A stretch of DNA of 32,000 nucleotides, from assembly GCF_009557235.1 (NCBI RefSeq), contig NZ_CP045650.1, positions 1,110,001 through 1,142,000 of the forward strand. Direction: 5' to 3'. The position numbers were made by a program, and so were the translations under genes. This DNA is from Acinetobacter wanghuae (lineage in GTDB: Bacteria; Pseudomonadota; Gammaproteobacteria; Pseudomonadales; Moraxellaceae). Numbering within the stretch: the stretch's first letter is position 1; each line of letters starts with the position of its first letter. The notes under the pieces were generated by a model. The model was not told the origin of the DNA. It did no database searches and was given only the letters and a program-made list of their open reading frames with translations. Below, piece by piece: positions 1-9,215 of the stretch.

Positions 1-722
1 ATCCTTGGTCAATGATTTGGGGCTCAAACCAATATTTCCCAGATAATAGTGGTGCTGCTACAGATCGACAACGCGCACCGATTCATTTAGATACCCAAAC
101 AGCACAAACGGTTGAATTTGGTGGGCGTGGTGAAAGTAGATTTGGGCAGTGGGATCTTAGTTATTATTATGCAAAAGTTAAAAATGAACTCCTAAATGTG
201 GAAATTTCACAGGAACCATCATCGGTGATTGCAGAGTCGAATGCCTCCGATACCATCCATCAAGGCGTAGAGTTCGGCTTAATCAGTCCATTATTTTCGT
301 CTGAACAATGGGGTGATTTATCATTCAGACAAGCATATACCTATAGCGATTTTCATTATAAAAATGATCCAATTTTTGGCAAGAATCAATTGGCTGGCTT
401 GCCTAAACATCTTTACCAAGCACAGTTGAAATTTGATTTTCCTCAAGGCTTTTATGCAGCTATCGATGCCGAATATCGTTCAGAACTTCCCGTCGATTAC
501 GCTAACTCCTTTAAGGCAGATGCTTACACGCTTTGGGGCGCAAGTTTGGGCTATCAAGCTGCGGATCAGCAATGGAATGCATGGCTCGATTTTAAAAATC
601 TGAGCAATACCCGCTATGCGGCAACAGTAACCCCAGGTTATGATGATGCAGGCAAAGATATTGCACGATCGACCTCAGGTGAAAGTTTTTCAACCTATGC
701 GGGTATTACATTTAACTTCTAA
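1..722 (+). CDS. TonB-dependent outer-membrane receptor, C-terminal fragment (5' end lies outside the window)
   Basis: The frame is open from the window edge to TAA at 720-722. The sequence is beta-barrel-like with alternating Tyr/Gly-rich strands and ends in the typical aromatic terminus ...YAGITFNF. Confidence 0.75.
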   Translation, partial: PWSMIWGSNQYFPDNSGAATDRQRAPIHLDTQTAQTVEFGGRGESRFGQWDLSYYYAKVKNELLNVEISQEPSSVIAESNASDTIHQGVEFGLISPLFSSEQWGDLSFRQAYTYSDFHYKNDPIFGKNQLAGLPKHLYQAQLKFDFPQGFYAAIDAEYRSELPVDYANSFKADAYTLWGASLGYQAADQQWNAWLDFKNLSNTRYAATVTPGYDDAGKDIARSTSGESFSTYAGITFNF

Positions 723-768
723 CATCATTTAAATGTATTTTGCTGCTTCATATGACTGGATCTTGGAA

Positions 769-802
769 TAAAAAAAGAGAAGCACGGGCTTCTCTTTTTT
801 TT
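769..802. terminator. Bidirectional rho-independent terminator between convergent genes
   Basis: A-run, stem AGAGAAGC (776-783), loop ACGG, stem GCTTCTCT (788-795), then a T-run (796-802). Confidence 0.75.
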
Positions 803-817
803 GCTCTAATCTTGGTT

Positions 818-1240
818 TTATTCTGCTTCTAAAACTTCAAAATCATGGCTAATTTCGACACCACCATCCATCAGCATTTTACTTGCAGAGCAATATTTTT
901 CAGCTGAAAGTTCCACGGCTTTTGCCACTTGTTTTTCTTTCACCGCTTTACCTGTGATCACAAAATGGAGATGGATTTTGGTAAATACCGCAGGAATGGT
1001 ATCGGCACGTTCTGCTTTTAGTTCACAACGTACGTCGGTAATCTCTTGACGCGCTTTTTTTAATATGGTGACAATGTCAAAAGACGCACAACCGCCAAGA
1101 CCAGTCAAAAGGAGTTCCATTGGACGTGGACCACGGTTTTCACCGCCGTATTCAGGTGAACCATCCATGATAACACTATGACCGCTTTGAGTTTTTGCCT
1201 CGAAAGCAACATTCTCTAGCCAATGAACACTTGTTTGCAT
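818..1240 (-). CDS. OsmC family protein (YhfA-like)
   Basis: 140 aa with an ATG start. It shows an OsmC/Ohr-fold signature with two Cys (GLGGCASFD and EKYCSASK). It lies divergent from a crp-type gene, as yhfA does in E. coli. Confidence 0.85.
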   Translation of the reverse strand: MQTSVHWLENVAFEAKTQSGHSVIMDGSPEYGGENRGPRPMELLLTGLGGCASFDIVTILKKARQEITDVRCELKAERADTIPAVFTKIHLHFVITGKAVKEKQVAKAVELSAEKYCSASKMLMDGGVEISHDFEVLEAE

Positions 1241-1325
1241 TGCAACTACCTAAAAAAAGCTATAAATTTACGAAAGTACCTGTACACTAACATAAATTGA
1301 GTTGATAAGGAATTTCATCTCTAAC

Positions 1326-1342
1326 AAGTGATACGTTCACTT
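1326..1342 (+). promoter_or_regulatory. Perfect inverted repeat AAGTGA-N5-TCACTT in the osmC-like/vfr divergent promoter region (candidate operator)
   Basis: 6-bp arms seen directly, centred about 55 nt upstream of the vfr ATG. It resembles CRP/Vfr half-sites (GTGA/TCAC), but the spacer is 5 nt rather than 6. Confidence 0.3.
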
Positions 1343-1388
1343 TAGGTCTTGTGCGATCTATAAATTATCCATATTCGGAACTGTTAGC

Positions 1389-2093
1389 ATGACATCAAAT
1401 TTTTCACAACTAAGCACAGATGCACTTTCTCCGGGGCAACTTCCTGATTCGGTTAAAGCATTATTAAAACGTGCGTATATTAATCGTTATCCTAAACGTA
1501 CAACTATTATCGATGCAGGGTCAGAGTCTAAATCTCTGTATTTAATTCTGAAGGGGTCTGTATCTATTATTCTTCGTGAAGACGACGAACGTGAAATTGT
1601 CGTTGCTTATTTGAATGCGGGTGACTTCTTTGGGGAAATGGGGTTATTCGAGTCAAATCCGCAACGTACAGCAGAAGTTCGAACCCGTGATGTCTGTGAA
1701 ATTGCAGAAATCACTTACGAGAACTTCCACGAACTGAGCAAGCAATATCCTGATTTAAGTTATGCAGTATTTGCTCAGTTAGTCCGTCGTTTAAAAAATA
1801 CCACACGTAAAGTCACGGATCTTGCATTTATTGATGTATCAGGTCGTATTGCACGTTGTTTAATTGACCTATCAGCGCAACCAGAAGCGATGATTCTGCC
1901 AAATGGACGCCAAATCCGTATTACCCGTCAAGAGATTGGTCGTATTGTGGGGTGTTCGCGTGAAATGGTCGGTCGTGTGTTAAAAACGCTTGAAGAGCAA
2001 GGCATGATTGAAACAGATGGTAAAGCCATTTTGATTTTTGATGTGTCACTAGAGCCAGCAGATGCAGCGACTGATGAGCTAGATGACGAATAA
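1389..2093 (+). CDS. vfr: cAMP receptor protein family global regulator (CRP/Vfr)
   Basis: 234 aa, collinear with E. coli CRP. It has the cNMP-binding motif GDFFGEMGLF...RTAEVR and the recognition helix RQEIGRIVGCSREMVGRVLK with R-E-x-x-x-R conserved. Confidence 0.9.
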   Translation: MTSNFSQLSTDALSPGQLPDSVKALLKRAYINRYPKRTTIIDAGSESKSLYLILKGSVSIILREDDEREIVVAYLNAGDFFGEMGLFESNPQRTAEVRTRDVCEIAEITYENFHELSKQYPDLSYAVFAQLVRRLKNTTRKVTDLAFIDVSGRIARCLIDLSAQPEAMILPNGRQIRITRQEIGRIVGCSREMVGRVLKTLEEQGMIETDGKAILIFDVSLEPADAATDELDDE

Positions 2094-2113
2094 TTTTAGC
2101 GATTAAAATGAAA

Positions 2114-2140
2114 AGCAAATCTTCGGGTTTGCTTTTTTTT
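2114..2140 (+). terminator. Rho-independent terminator after vfr
   Basis: Stem AGCAAATC, loop TTCG, stem GGTTTGCT, followed by T8. Confidence 0.7.
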
Positions 2141-2252
2141 CATCAATTTTCACTCAAAGCTTGGCAGAAAAGATGATTTTGGATCGTCGCTAAAATCGGC
2201 TAGGCTAGGGCATTACGCGATATTTAATACTGACTCAGATAAAGGACATGCA

Positions 2253-3302
2253 ATGCAATTTAAACCATTGGCAGACTCAGGGATTTTAGTTCCAGAAATT
2301 TGTTTAGGCACCATGACATTTGGTGAACAAAACACCCAACAGCAAGCCTTTGAACAACTCGACTATGCCTTAGATCAAGGTTTAAATTTTTGGGATACGG
2401 CAGAAATGTATCCTGTACCACCAAAGCCTGAAACACAAGGTTCAACCGAACAGATCATCGGGAATTGGATTGCAGCACGTGGTGGACGTGACAAACTCAT
2501 TTTAGCTACGAAAATTGCAGGACCTTCTCAAGGCGGAAGTCACATTCGTGATGGTCAAACCAAGTTTATTGCCAGTGAAATTGAATCTGCATTGGATCAA
2601 TCTTTACAGCGCTTACAAACAGATTATATCGATTTATATCAATTGCATTGGCCACAGCGTCCAGTCAATTTCTTTGGTAAATTAGGTTATGGCAATGTTG
2701 AAGCCAACAGTGACCGTGAAGTGACAGATCTTGAAGAAACCTTAGTGGCGCTTAGCAATGAAGTGAAGAAAGGTCGTATCCGCCATATTGGTTTATCGAA
2801 TGAAACGCCGTGGGGCACTTTAAAATTTTTACATTTGGCGGAAAAACATGGCTTGGAAAAAGTCGTCAGTGTTCAAAACCCATATAGTTTGCTAAATCGT
2901 ACTTATGAAATTGGAATGTCCGAAATTGCCAAATATGAAGGTGTTGGATTACTCGCGTATTCGCCACTTGCATTTGGTTATCTAACGGGTAAATTCCGCA
3001 ATGGAGCACGTCCTGCCAATGCGCGCGTGACCTTGTATTCTCGCTTTAGCCGTTATTCAAACCCTGAAAGTGAATGGGCAACGGAAGCATATGCACAATT
3101 GGCTGAAAAGCATGGTTTAAGCCTCACTCAATTGGCACTCGCATTTATTAAACAGCAGTTCTTTGTGACCAGTACCATTATTGGTGCGACCAACTTAGAT
3201 CAATTGAAAGAAAATATTCAGGCATTTGAGATCAATTTATCTGAAGAGATTCTGCAAGAAATTGATGCCATTCATCGCCAACAACCGAATCCAGCACCCT
3301 AG
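2253..3302 (+). CDS. tas: NADP(H)-dependent aldo-keto reductase, Tas-like
   Basis: 349 aa, near-collinear with E. coli Tas (LGTMTFGEQN, AEMYPVPP.PETQG, LQTDYIDLYQLHWPQRP, VQNPYSLLNR). An AAAGGA RBS lies 6 nt upstream. Confidence 0.9.
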   Translation: MQFKPLADSGILVPEICLGTMTFGEQNTQQQAFEQLDYALDQGLNFWDTAEMYPVPPKPETQGSTEQIIGNWIAARGGRDKLILATKIAGPSQGGSHIRDGQTKFIASEIESALDQSLQRLQTDYIDLYQLHWPQRPVNFFGKLGYGNVEANSDREVTDLEETLVALSNEVKKGRIRHIGLSNETPWGTLKFLHLAEKHGLEKVVSVQNPYSLLNRTYEIGMSEIAKYEGVGLLAYSPLAFGYLTGKFRNGARPANARVTLYSRFSRYSNPESEWATEAYAQLAEKHGLSLTQLALAFIKQQFFVTSTIIGATNLDQLKENIQAFEINLSEEILQEIDAIHRQQPNPAP

Positions 3303-3325
3303 ATTTCAGACTGTAACGCTTAAAA

Positions 3326-3352
3326 AAGCTTCCTTAATTGGAGGCTTTTTTA
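3326..3352 (+). terminator. Rho-independent terminator after tas
   Basis: Stem AAGCTTCC, loop TTAATT, stem GGAGGCTT, followed by a T-run. Confidence 0.65.
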
Positions 3353-3389
3353 TTTGCGAGTGAAAACCTTAATTTTTATCAGGATAACA

Positions 3390-3418
3390 CTTGAAATGGA
3401 GTGAAAAGATACCAATAT
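3390..3418 (+). promoter_or_regulatory. Distal sigma32-like promoter candidate upstream of clpB
   Basis: CTTGAAA (3390-3396), then 14 nt, then ACCAATAT (3411-3418). The -35 is exact and the -10 is only a partial match to CCCCATNT. Confidence 0.3.
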
Positions 3419-3484
3419 TAACACAGAGATCTACCTTTGTTTTTTATTAAGTTTTTGAAAAATATTGAAATTATTTTAAAACGG

Positions 3485-3514
3485 CATTGAAAAATACAAA
3501 ATCATTCCCATCTA
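3485..3514 (+). promoter_or_regulatory. Proximal sigma32-type heat-shock promoter of clpB
   Basis: CATTGAAA (3485-3492), then 14 nt, then CCCATCTA (3507-3514), about 40 nt upstream of the clpB ATG. It matches the CTTGAAA-N13-15-CCCCATNT consensus. Confidence 0.55.
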
Positions 3515-3552
3515 TAGAACAAGTTAAAAATTTGTTGTGAGGAATAACAAGA

Positions 3553-6132
3553 ATGGCTTTTGAGAAATTTACCAACCGCCTACAGCAGACCCTGACCGAT
3601 GCCCAAGTCTTAGCCATGAGCAAAGACCATGCTGCTATCGAGCCGATTCATCTTCTAGATACCCTATTAAAAGAAGCATCCTATGCCAGCTTATTGCAAC
3701 AAGCGGGTGCAAACTTACCTGAATTGCAAAAGAAATTACAGCAAGCACTGAATGATGCAGCGACCTTATCCAATCCATCGGCTGACATCAATGTTTCCCC
3801 TGAAGCCTATAAAATATTGACCTTGACAGAAAGTTATGCGCAAAAAGCGGGTGATGAATTTGTGACGGTTGATTGGTTGTTGCTTGCACTTGCAGAAACG
3901 GGTGCAACCAAAAAAATCTTAAACAGTGTTGGTGTTCAAACCGAACGCTTAAAACAAGTGATTAACCAAATTCGAGGCAATGAAAAAGTCATGAGCAATA
4001 ATCATGAAGATCAACGTGACTCATTAAATAAATACACCATTGATTTAAACGAGCGTGCTTTGTCAGGCAAGCTTGATCCCGTGATTGGTCGTGATGATGA
4101 AATTCGTCGTACCATTCAAGTCCTATCACGCAGAACCAAAAATAATCCTGTGCTGATTGGTGAGCCGGGTGTTGGTAAAACGGCGATTGTTGAAGGCTTG
4201 GCACAGCGTATTGTCAACGGTGAAGTGCCAGAAAGCTTAAAAGGCAAACGCGTTCTCTCGCTTGATATTGGTTCATTACTGGCAGGTGCTAAATATCGCG
4301 GTGAATTTGAGGAACGTCTTAAAGCAGTACTCAAAGACCTTGCTAAACACGATGGTGAAATCATCTTATTTATTGATGAATTGCATACCTTGGTGGGTGC
4401 AGGCAAAGGCGATGGTGCAATGGATGCCGGCAATATGCTTAAACCTGCACTAGCGCGTGGTGAGCTACGTTGTGTCGGTGCAACAACACTCGATGAATAC
4501 CGTCAATTCATTGAAAAAGATGCAGCATTAGAGCGTCGCTTCCAAAAAGTGTTGGTGGATGAGCCAAGTGTAGAAGATACCATCGCCATTTTACGTGGCT
4601 TAAAAGACCGTTATGCAACGCATCATGGTGTGCAGATTCTCGATTCTGCCATTATTGCCGCAGCCAAAATGTCGCATCGTTATATCACCGATCGTCAATT
4701 ACCAGATAAAGCCATTGATTTAATTGATGAAGCCGCTTCTCGCATTAAAATGGAACTTGATTCTAAGCCTGAAGCTTTGGATAAATTAGAGCGTCGCTTA
4801 ATACAACTGAAAATGCAGTATGAGGCGGTCAAATCAGATGAGGATGTAGGCGCTAAAGCCGAAGCCAAACATTTGTCTGAACAAATTGCGAGCGTGGAAA
4901 AAGAATATAGCGAGCTCGAAGAAATCTGGCGTGCTGACAAAGCCTTGGTTGAAGGCAATAAAGACGTACAAATTAAACTCGATCAAGCCCGTGTTGCTCT
5001 AGAGAAAGCGCAACGTGAAGGTGATTTGGGTGAAGCGGGGCGTTTGCAATATGGGGTTATTCCTGAATTGCAAAAGCAGCTTGAAATGGCGGAAAAGTCA
5101 GATGAGAGCGCGACACCAAAATTACTGCGTAATAAGGTGACCGATAATGAAATTGCCGAAGTGGTGAGTGCTGCAACAGGTATTCCTGTGGCGAAAATGC
5201 TGCAAGGTGAACGAGATAAATTACTGCAAATGGAAAGCTTCTTACACAATCGTGTCGTGGGTCAAGAAGAAGCTGTGGTGGCAGTTTCAAATGCAGTACG
5301 CCGTTCACGTGCAGGCTTGTCTGATCCGAATCGCCCAAGTGGTTCATTCTTGTTCTTAGGTCCGACAGGTGTAGGTAAAACTGAGCTTACCAAAGCCTTG
5401 GCGAATTTCTTATTTGACAGCGATGATGCCATGATTCGTATTGATATGTCTGAATTTATGGAAAAACATTCGGTGAGTCGTTTAGTTGGTGCGCCTCCGG
5501 GTTATGTCGGCTATGAAGAAGGTGGTGTACTCACTGAAGCCGTGCGTCGTAAACCGTATAGTGTGATTTTGTTTGACGAAGTGGAAAAAGCCCACCCAGA
5601 CGTGTTTAACATCTTGCTGCAAGTTTTGGACGATGGTCGCTTAACCGATTCACAAGGTCGTATCATCGACTTTAAAAATTCAGTGATTGTGATGACGTCT
5701 AACTTAGGTTCGCAAGATGTACGTGAACTGGGTCAAGGCGCAAGCAATGAAGAGGTACGTGCCGTGGTGATGAGTGCGGTATCAGAACATTTCCGCCCTG
5801 AATTTATTAACCGTATTGATGAATTGGTGGTGTTCCATTCACTGGAAAAATCACAAATTCGTGGTATTGCGGATATTCAGTTGGATCGTTTGCGTGAGCG
5901 CTTAGCTGAACGTGATTTACGCTTAACTGTTGAAGATAGTGCATTTGATCAATTGATTGATGTTGGATTTGATCCACAATATGGCGCGCGTCCATTGAAA
6001 CGTGCGATTCAACAACGCATTGAAAATGGTTTGGCGCAAAAAATCCTTGCCGGTGATTTTGTTGCAGGCGATACCATTGTGGTCAGTGCAGATAATCGTG
6101 GTTTAACCTTTGGAAAATTGAAATTGAACTAA
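3553..6132 (+). CDS. clpB: ATP-dependent chaperone/disaggregase ClpB
   Basis: 859 aa with two AAA+ modules (Walker A GEPGVGKT and GPTGVGKT), a long coiled-coil middle domain, and a GAGGAA RBS. Confidence 0.97.
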   Translation: MAFEKFTNRLQQTLTDAQVLAMSKDHAAIEPIHLLDTLLKEASYASLLQQAGANLPELQKKLQQALNDAATLSNPSADINVSPEAYKILTLTESYAQKAGDEFVTVDWLLLALAETGATKKILNSVGVQTERLKQVINQIRGNEKVMSNNHEDQRDSLNKYTIDLNERALSGKLDPVIGRDDEIRRTIQVLSRRTKNNPVLIGEPGVGKTAIVEGLAQRIVNGEVPESLKGKRVLSLDIGSLLAGAKYRGEFEERLKAVLKDLAKHDGEIILFIDELHTLVGAGKGDGAMDAGNMLKPALARGELRCVGATTLDEYRQFIEKDAALERRFQKVLVDEPSVEDTIAILRGLKDRYATHHGVQILDSAIIAAAKMSHRYITDRQLPDKAIDLIDEAASRIKMELDSKPEALDKLERRLIQLKMQYEAVKSDEDVGAKAEAKHLSEQIASVEKEYSELEEIWRADKALVEGNKDVQIKLDQARVALEKAQREGDLGEAGRLQYGVIPELQKQLEMAEKSDESATPKLLRNKVTDNEIAEVVSAATGIPVAKMLQGERDKLLQMESFLHNRVVGQEEAVVAVSNAVRRSRAGLSDPNRPSGSFLFLGPTGVGKTELTKALANFLFDSDDAMIRIDMSEFMEKHSVSRLVGAPPGYVGYEEGGVLTEAVRRKPYSVILFDEVEKAHPDVFNILLQVLDDGRLTDSQGRIIDFKNSVIVMTSNLGSQDVRELGQGASNEEVRAVVMSAVSEHFRPEFINRIDELVVFHSLEKSQIRGIADIQLDRLRERLAERDLRLTVEDSAFDQLIDVGFDPQYGARPLKRAIQQRIENGLAQKILAGDFVAGDTIVVSADNRGLTFGKLKLN

Positions 6133-6154
6133 TCATTGGAATCATCGTTCAAAT

Positions 6155-6182
6155 AAAAAACCCAGCCTAGGCTGGGTTTTTT
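6155..6182. terminator. Bidirectional rho-independent terminator (clpB / rlmL convergent)
   Basis: A6, palindrome CCCAGCC-TA-GGCTGGG (6161-6176), then T6. Confidence 0.8.
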
Positions 6183-6202
6183 ATTATATTCAACAGTTTG
6201 AT

Positions 6203-8413
6203 TTATGCATCAAGACCGGGATGTTGGATTTTCCACGCACGGTGAATTTTATGATTACGTTTGAAATCGAGACCAATCGTTTCAGATGTAATTTCTTCAA
6301 CATTAAAGAATGCCAGAATTTCTTCGTCCATCTCAAAACCACGGTAGTTATTTGAGAAGTACAATGTACCTTCGGAGGTTAAACGATTCATTGCACGTTT
6401 AATTAACGACAAATGGTCACGTTGAATATCAAACGTACCGTAGAATTTTTTTGAGTTTGAGAAGGTCGGTGGATCAATAAAGATCATGTCGTATTGTTCA
6501 TGACCTTCTTTTAGCCATTCGAAACAATCGCTTGAGAAGAACTGATGCTGTTCATCAGCATGATCGACCGTTAAACCATTTAACACGAAGTTTTCTTTCG
6601 ACCAGTTTAAGTAGGTATTTGATAAATCGACACTTGTCGTACTTGCTGCACCGCCCAATGCCGCATGTAAGCTAGCAGTAGAGGTATAGCTGTACAAGTT
6701 TAAGAAATGTTTACCTTTCGCTTCACGGGCAATACGTAAACGCATTTGACGGTGATCGAGGAACAAACCGGTATCTAAGTAATCGGTTAAGTTCACCAAA
6801 ATCTTGGCTTTACCTTCCTGCACAATAAAGCGTTTCGATGCCGTACTTTGTTTGGTGTACTGCGCTTTACCTTCTTGGCGTGAACGGGTTTTAATAAAGA
6901 TCGCATCACGACCTAAACCTGTCACCGCACGAATCGCAGCCAAAGCCAAGTTAAAACGTTTCTTCGCTTTTTCAGGGTCAATAATTTTTGGTGGCGCATA
7001 TTCTTGGACATGCAAGCGTTCACCATACAAGTCGACTGCGACATTAAAGTCAGGTAAGTCGGCATCGTATAAGCGTAAGCAATGAATGCCTTCTTTAACC
7101 GCCCATTTTTTCAGCGTTTGCATGTTTTTGGTTAAACGGTTAGCAAACTCAACAGCCCCTTCGATCGGTTCGAATTGTTGTGGCTGCCAAGATTCTAAGA
7201 ATGGGCGTACCACAGCCGCAGGTTTGATCTTACCAAAACGAATATAAATCGGTAACTTACCATTCATTAAACGTAAAAGTTGCGGATCATTGAACGCCAA
7301 CACATCGGCTTGTTCAACTTGTGAAGCAATCACAGCTGCTTTTTGGTTCGGGAAGTTCTTTTGTAGTAACGCTGACAAACCAAGATACAACGAACGATTC
7401 GATGCTTTATCACCTAAACGCTCACCATAAGGAGGATTGGTCACGAAGAAGACATTTTTGCCTTCTGCGTTAAAATCAGGCCAATCATTGAGCGTACGTT
7501 CTTCAATTTTAATGCAATCCAGCGCAGACTCAAAACCTGCAGCAATGATATTTTGACGAGTGGCTTTGACCGCTTCCCAGTCCGCATCGAAAGCATAGAA
7601 CTGTGGCAAAGGTTGTGTCATAGCAGTTTGATGGCGTTCAGCAGCTTCTGCTTTAATGCTCATCCATAGCTCATGATTATGACCATTCCAACCGTTAAAA
7701 CCGAAACGACGTACCAGACCTGGCGCACGATCAGTCAAAATCATCAATGATTCAATAATGAATGTTCCTGAACCACACATTGGATCAAGAATAATATCGG
7801 CATTGCTTTCTAATAATTGACCTTTTTGTAAAATCGCAGCTGCCAAGTTTTCCTTGATCGGTGCATCAGTCATATATTGGCGGTAGCCACGTTTGTGTAG
7901 TGAATCACCTGATAAATCGAGGCAGTAAGTATGTTCTTTTTTACCTGCCAAAATGTACATGGTAATTTCAGGTGACTTGGTGTCGATGCTTGGACGTTTG
8001 CCCACAGCTTCCATAAAGGAATCCACAACACCATCTTTCGCACGTAAAGTCGCAAACTGCGTATTCACTTTAATTTCACGTTCAACGTGTAAACGAATCG
8101 CAAAGGTACTTTGTGGTGCAAAAATAAGTGACCAATCGAAACTGATTGCCCCTTCATATAGCTCTTCAGCAACATCACGGGCATCGTGCGAAAATTCGAT
8201 TTCATGGGTATGAATCGGCATCAATACGCGTGATGCGAGGCGAGACCACATGCAAATGCGGTAAGCATTTTCAAGGCTACCTTTAAAGGTAATACGACCG
8301 GGGAAACGTTCAGTGTTCTGAACACCTAAGCCTTTGAGTTCTTCTTCTAATAAGGTTTCCAGACCATCGGCACAGGTGACCCAATAATTGCTTAAACGTG
8401 AAGAGCTATTCAT
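6203..8413 (-). CDS. rlmL: Bifunctional 23S rRNA methyltransferase RlmKL (m2G2445 / m7G2069)
   Basis: 736 aa. It has an N-terminal THUMP plus SAM-MTase with DPMCGSGT and NPPYGERLG motifs, and a second C-terminal MTase domain (FIDPPTFSNSK). Confidence 0.93.
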   Translation of the reverse strand: MNSSSRLSNYWVTCADGLETLLEEELKGLGVQNTERFPGRITFKGSLENAYRICMWSRLASRVLMPIHTHEIEFSHDARDVAEELYEGAISFDWSLIFAPQSTFAIRLHVEREIKVNTQFATLRAKDGVVDSFMEAVGKRPSIDTKSPEITMYILAGKKEHTYCLDLSGDSLHKRGYRQYMTDAPIKENLAAAILQKGQLLESNADIILDPMCGSGTFIIESLMILTDRAPGLVRRFGFNGWNGHNHELWMSIKAEAAERHQTAMTQPLPQFYAFDADWEAVKATRQNIIAAGFESALDCIKIEERTLNDWPDFNAEGKNVFFVTNPPYGERLGDKASNRSLYLGLSALLQKNFPNQKAAVIASQVEQADVLAFNDPQLLRLMNGKLPIYIRFGKIKPAAVVRPFLESWQPQQFEPIEGAVEFANRLTKNMQTLKKWAVKEGIHCLRLYDADLPDFNVAVDLYGERLHVQEYAPPKIIDPEKAKKRFNLALAAIRAVTGLGRDAIFIKTRSRQEGKAQYTKQSTASKRFIVQEGKAKILVNLTDYLDTGLFLDHRQMRLRIAREAKGKHFLNLYSYTSTASLHAALGGAASTTSVDLSNTYLNWSKENFVLNGLTVDHADEQHQFFSSDCFEWLKEGHEQYDMIFIDPPTFSNSKKFYGTFDIQRDHLSLIKRAMNRLTSEGTLYFSNNYRGFEMDEEILAFFNVEEITSETIGLDFKRNHKIHRAWKIQHPGLDA

Positions 8414-8673
8414 AAAATAGAGAGACCAAAAAATAAAAAAATAAATCTGTGCTCAGTTTAACTTATTTTCGACTTTAAAGCTTTTCAAATTCGCATGATC
8501 AAAATTCAAATTGAGGTGCTGTAAGAGCTAAATCCTAAATTTTGATGATTTATTATGAGATAAAGATAGAAGTTGGTACGTATTTTGCTCACATGCTTAT
8601 ACATACACTCAAGGACAAGACTGCACGAAAGTGAGTTCTACTCTGAGGCGATCCATTATTTTGAGAATAAAAT

Positions 8674-9006
8674 ATGAGACCTGATCATTTGGTTAGCAAT
8701 GAAGCATTTTCAGTCGCAACTTTAATTTATGCACGATTACGTCGCGTATCGGGGCGTGTCATTGATGTGATTTATTTATCGGACAATTCAGATTATGCCA
8801 AACATATTATGGAGATTGCGACCGCGACCAATGATCCCGAGTTGCTCAAGCTCATTGAAAAATTTAAGCAGGTGAGTGATTTAGATTTGTCAGATGCAAC
8901 ACTAAATGAATCTGATGAAGATGCGCCTTTAGCATTAGCCGAACCTTCGGAAGATGATATTTATCGGGCGCAAGTTTCCCATCATTATATTGGTGCATTA
9001 CGTTAA
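8674..9006 (+). CDS. Hypothetical small protein with an acidic C-terminal half
   Basis: 110-aa ATG ORF, isolated between two long AT-rich intergenic regions. No motif recognised. The RBS is weak. Confidence 0.5.
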   Translation: MRPDHLVSNEAFSVATLIYARLRRVSGRVIDVIYLSDNSDYAKHIMEIATATNDPELLKLIEKFKQVSDLDLSDATLNESDEDAPLALAEPSEDDIYRAQVSHHYIGALR

Positions 9007-9178
9007 CTTAAGTCATGTTATAGGCAAGGATGCTATTGTTTTAATAATCATCAGTATAAGAAATAAGGTTAAATTATCTGATTGATAAATCAAATAGGAA
9101 TTTAAAAATTCATGATTAGGATCATGTTGGTTTTTAACCAACTAAGCGGTTTGTGAACTGTTCAGATCAAGCAATGTC

Positions 9179-9186
9179 TGTATAAT
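9179..9186 (+). promoter_or_regulatory. Candidate -10 element (TG-TATAAT) for pyrB
   Basis: TATAAT at 9181-9186 preceded by TG, 30 nt upstream of the pyrB ATG. No convincing -35 was found. Confidence 0.3.
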
Positions 9187-9215
9187 ACGTTGACTTAACG
9201 TATAAGGAATCTCTC

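Noticed and set aside
4116-5347. Several long minus-strand ORFs inside clpB (4116..4433, 4695..4958, 4983..5249, 5057..5347)
   Set aside because: They are antisense shadow ORFs of a strongly supported gene. Their translations are Ser/Ala/Leu-rich low-complexity sequence with no starts, RBS or motifs.
9151-9167. TGTGA-N6-CAGAT upstream of pyrB, considered as a CRP/Vfr site
   Set aside because: Only one half-site matches, and its position relative to the candidate -10 does not fit class I or class II activation spacing.
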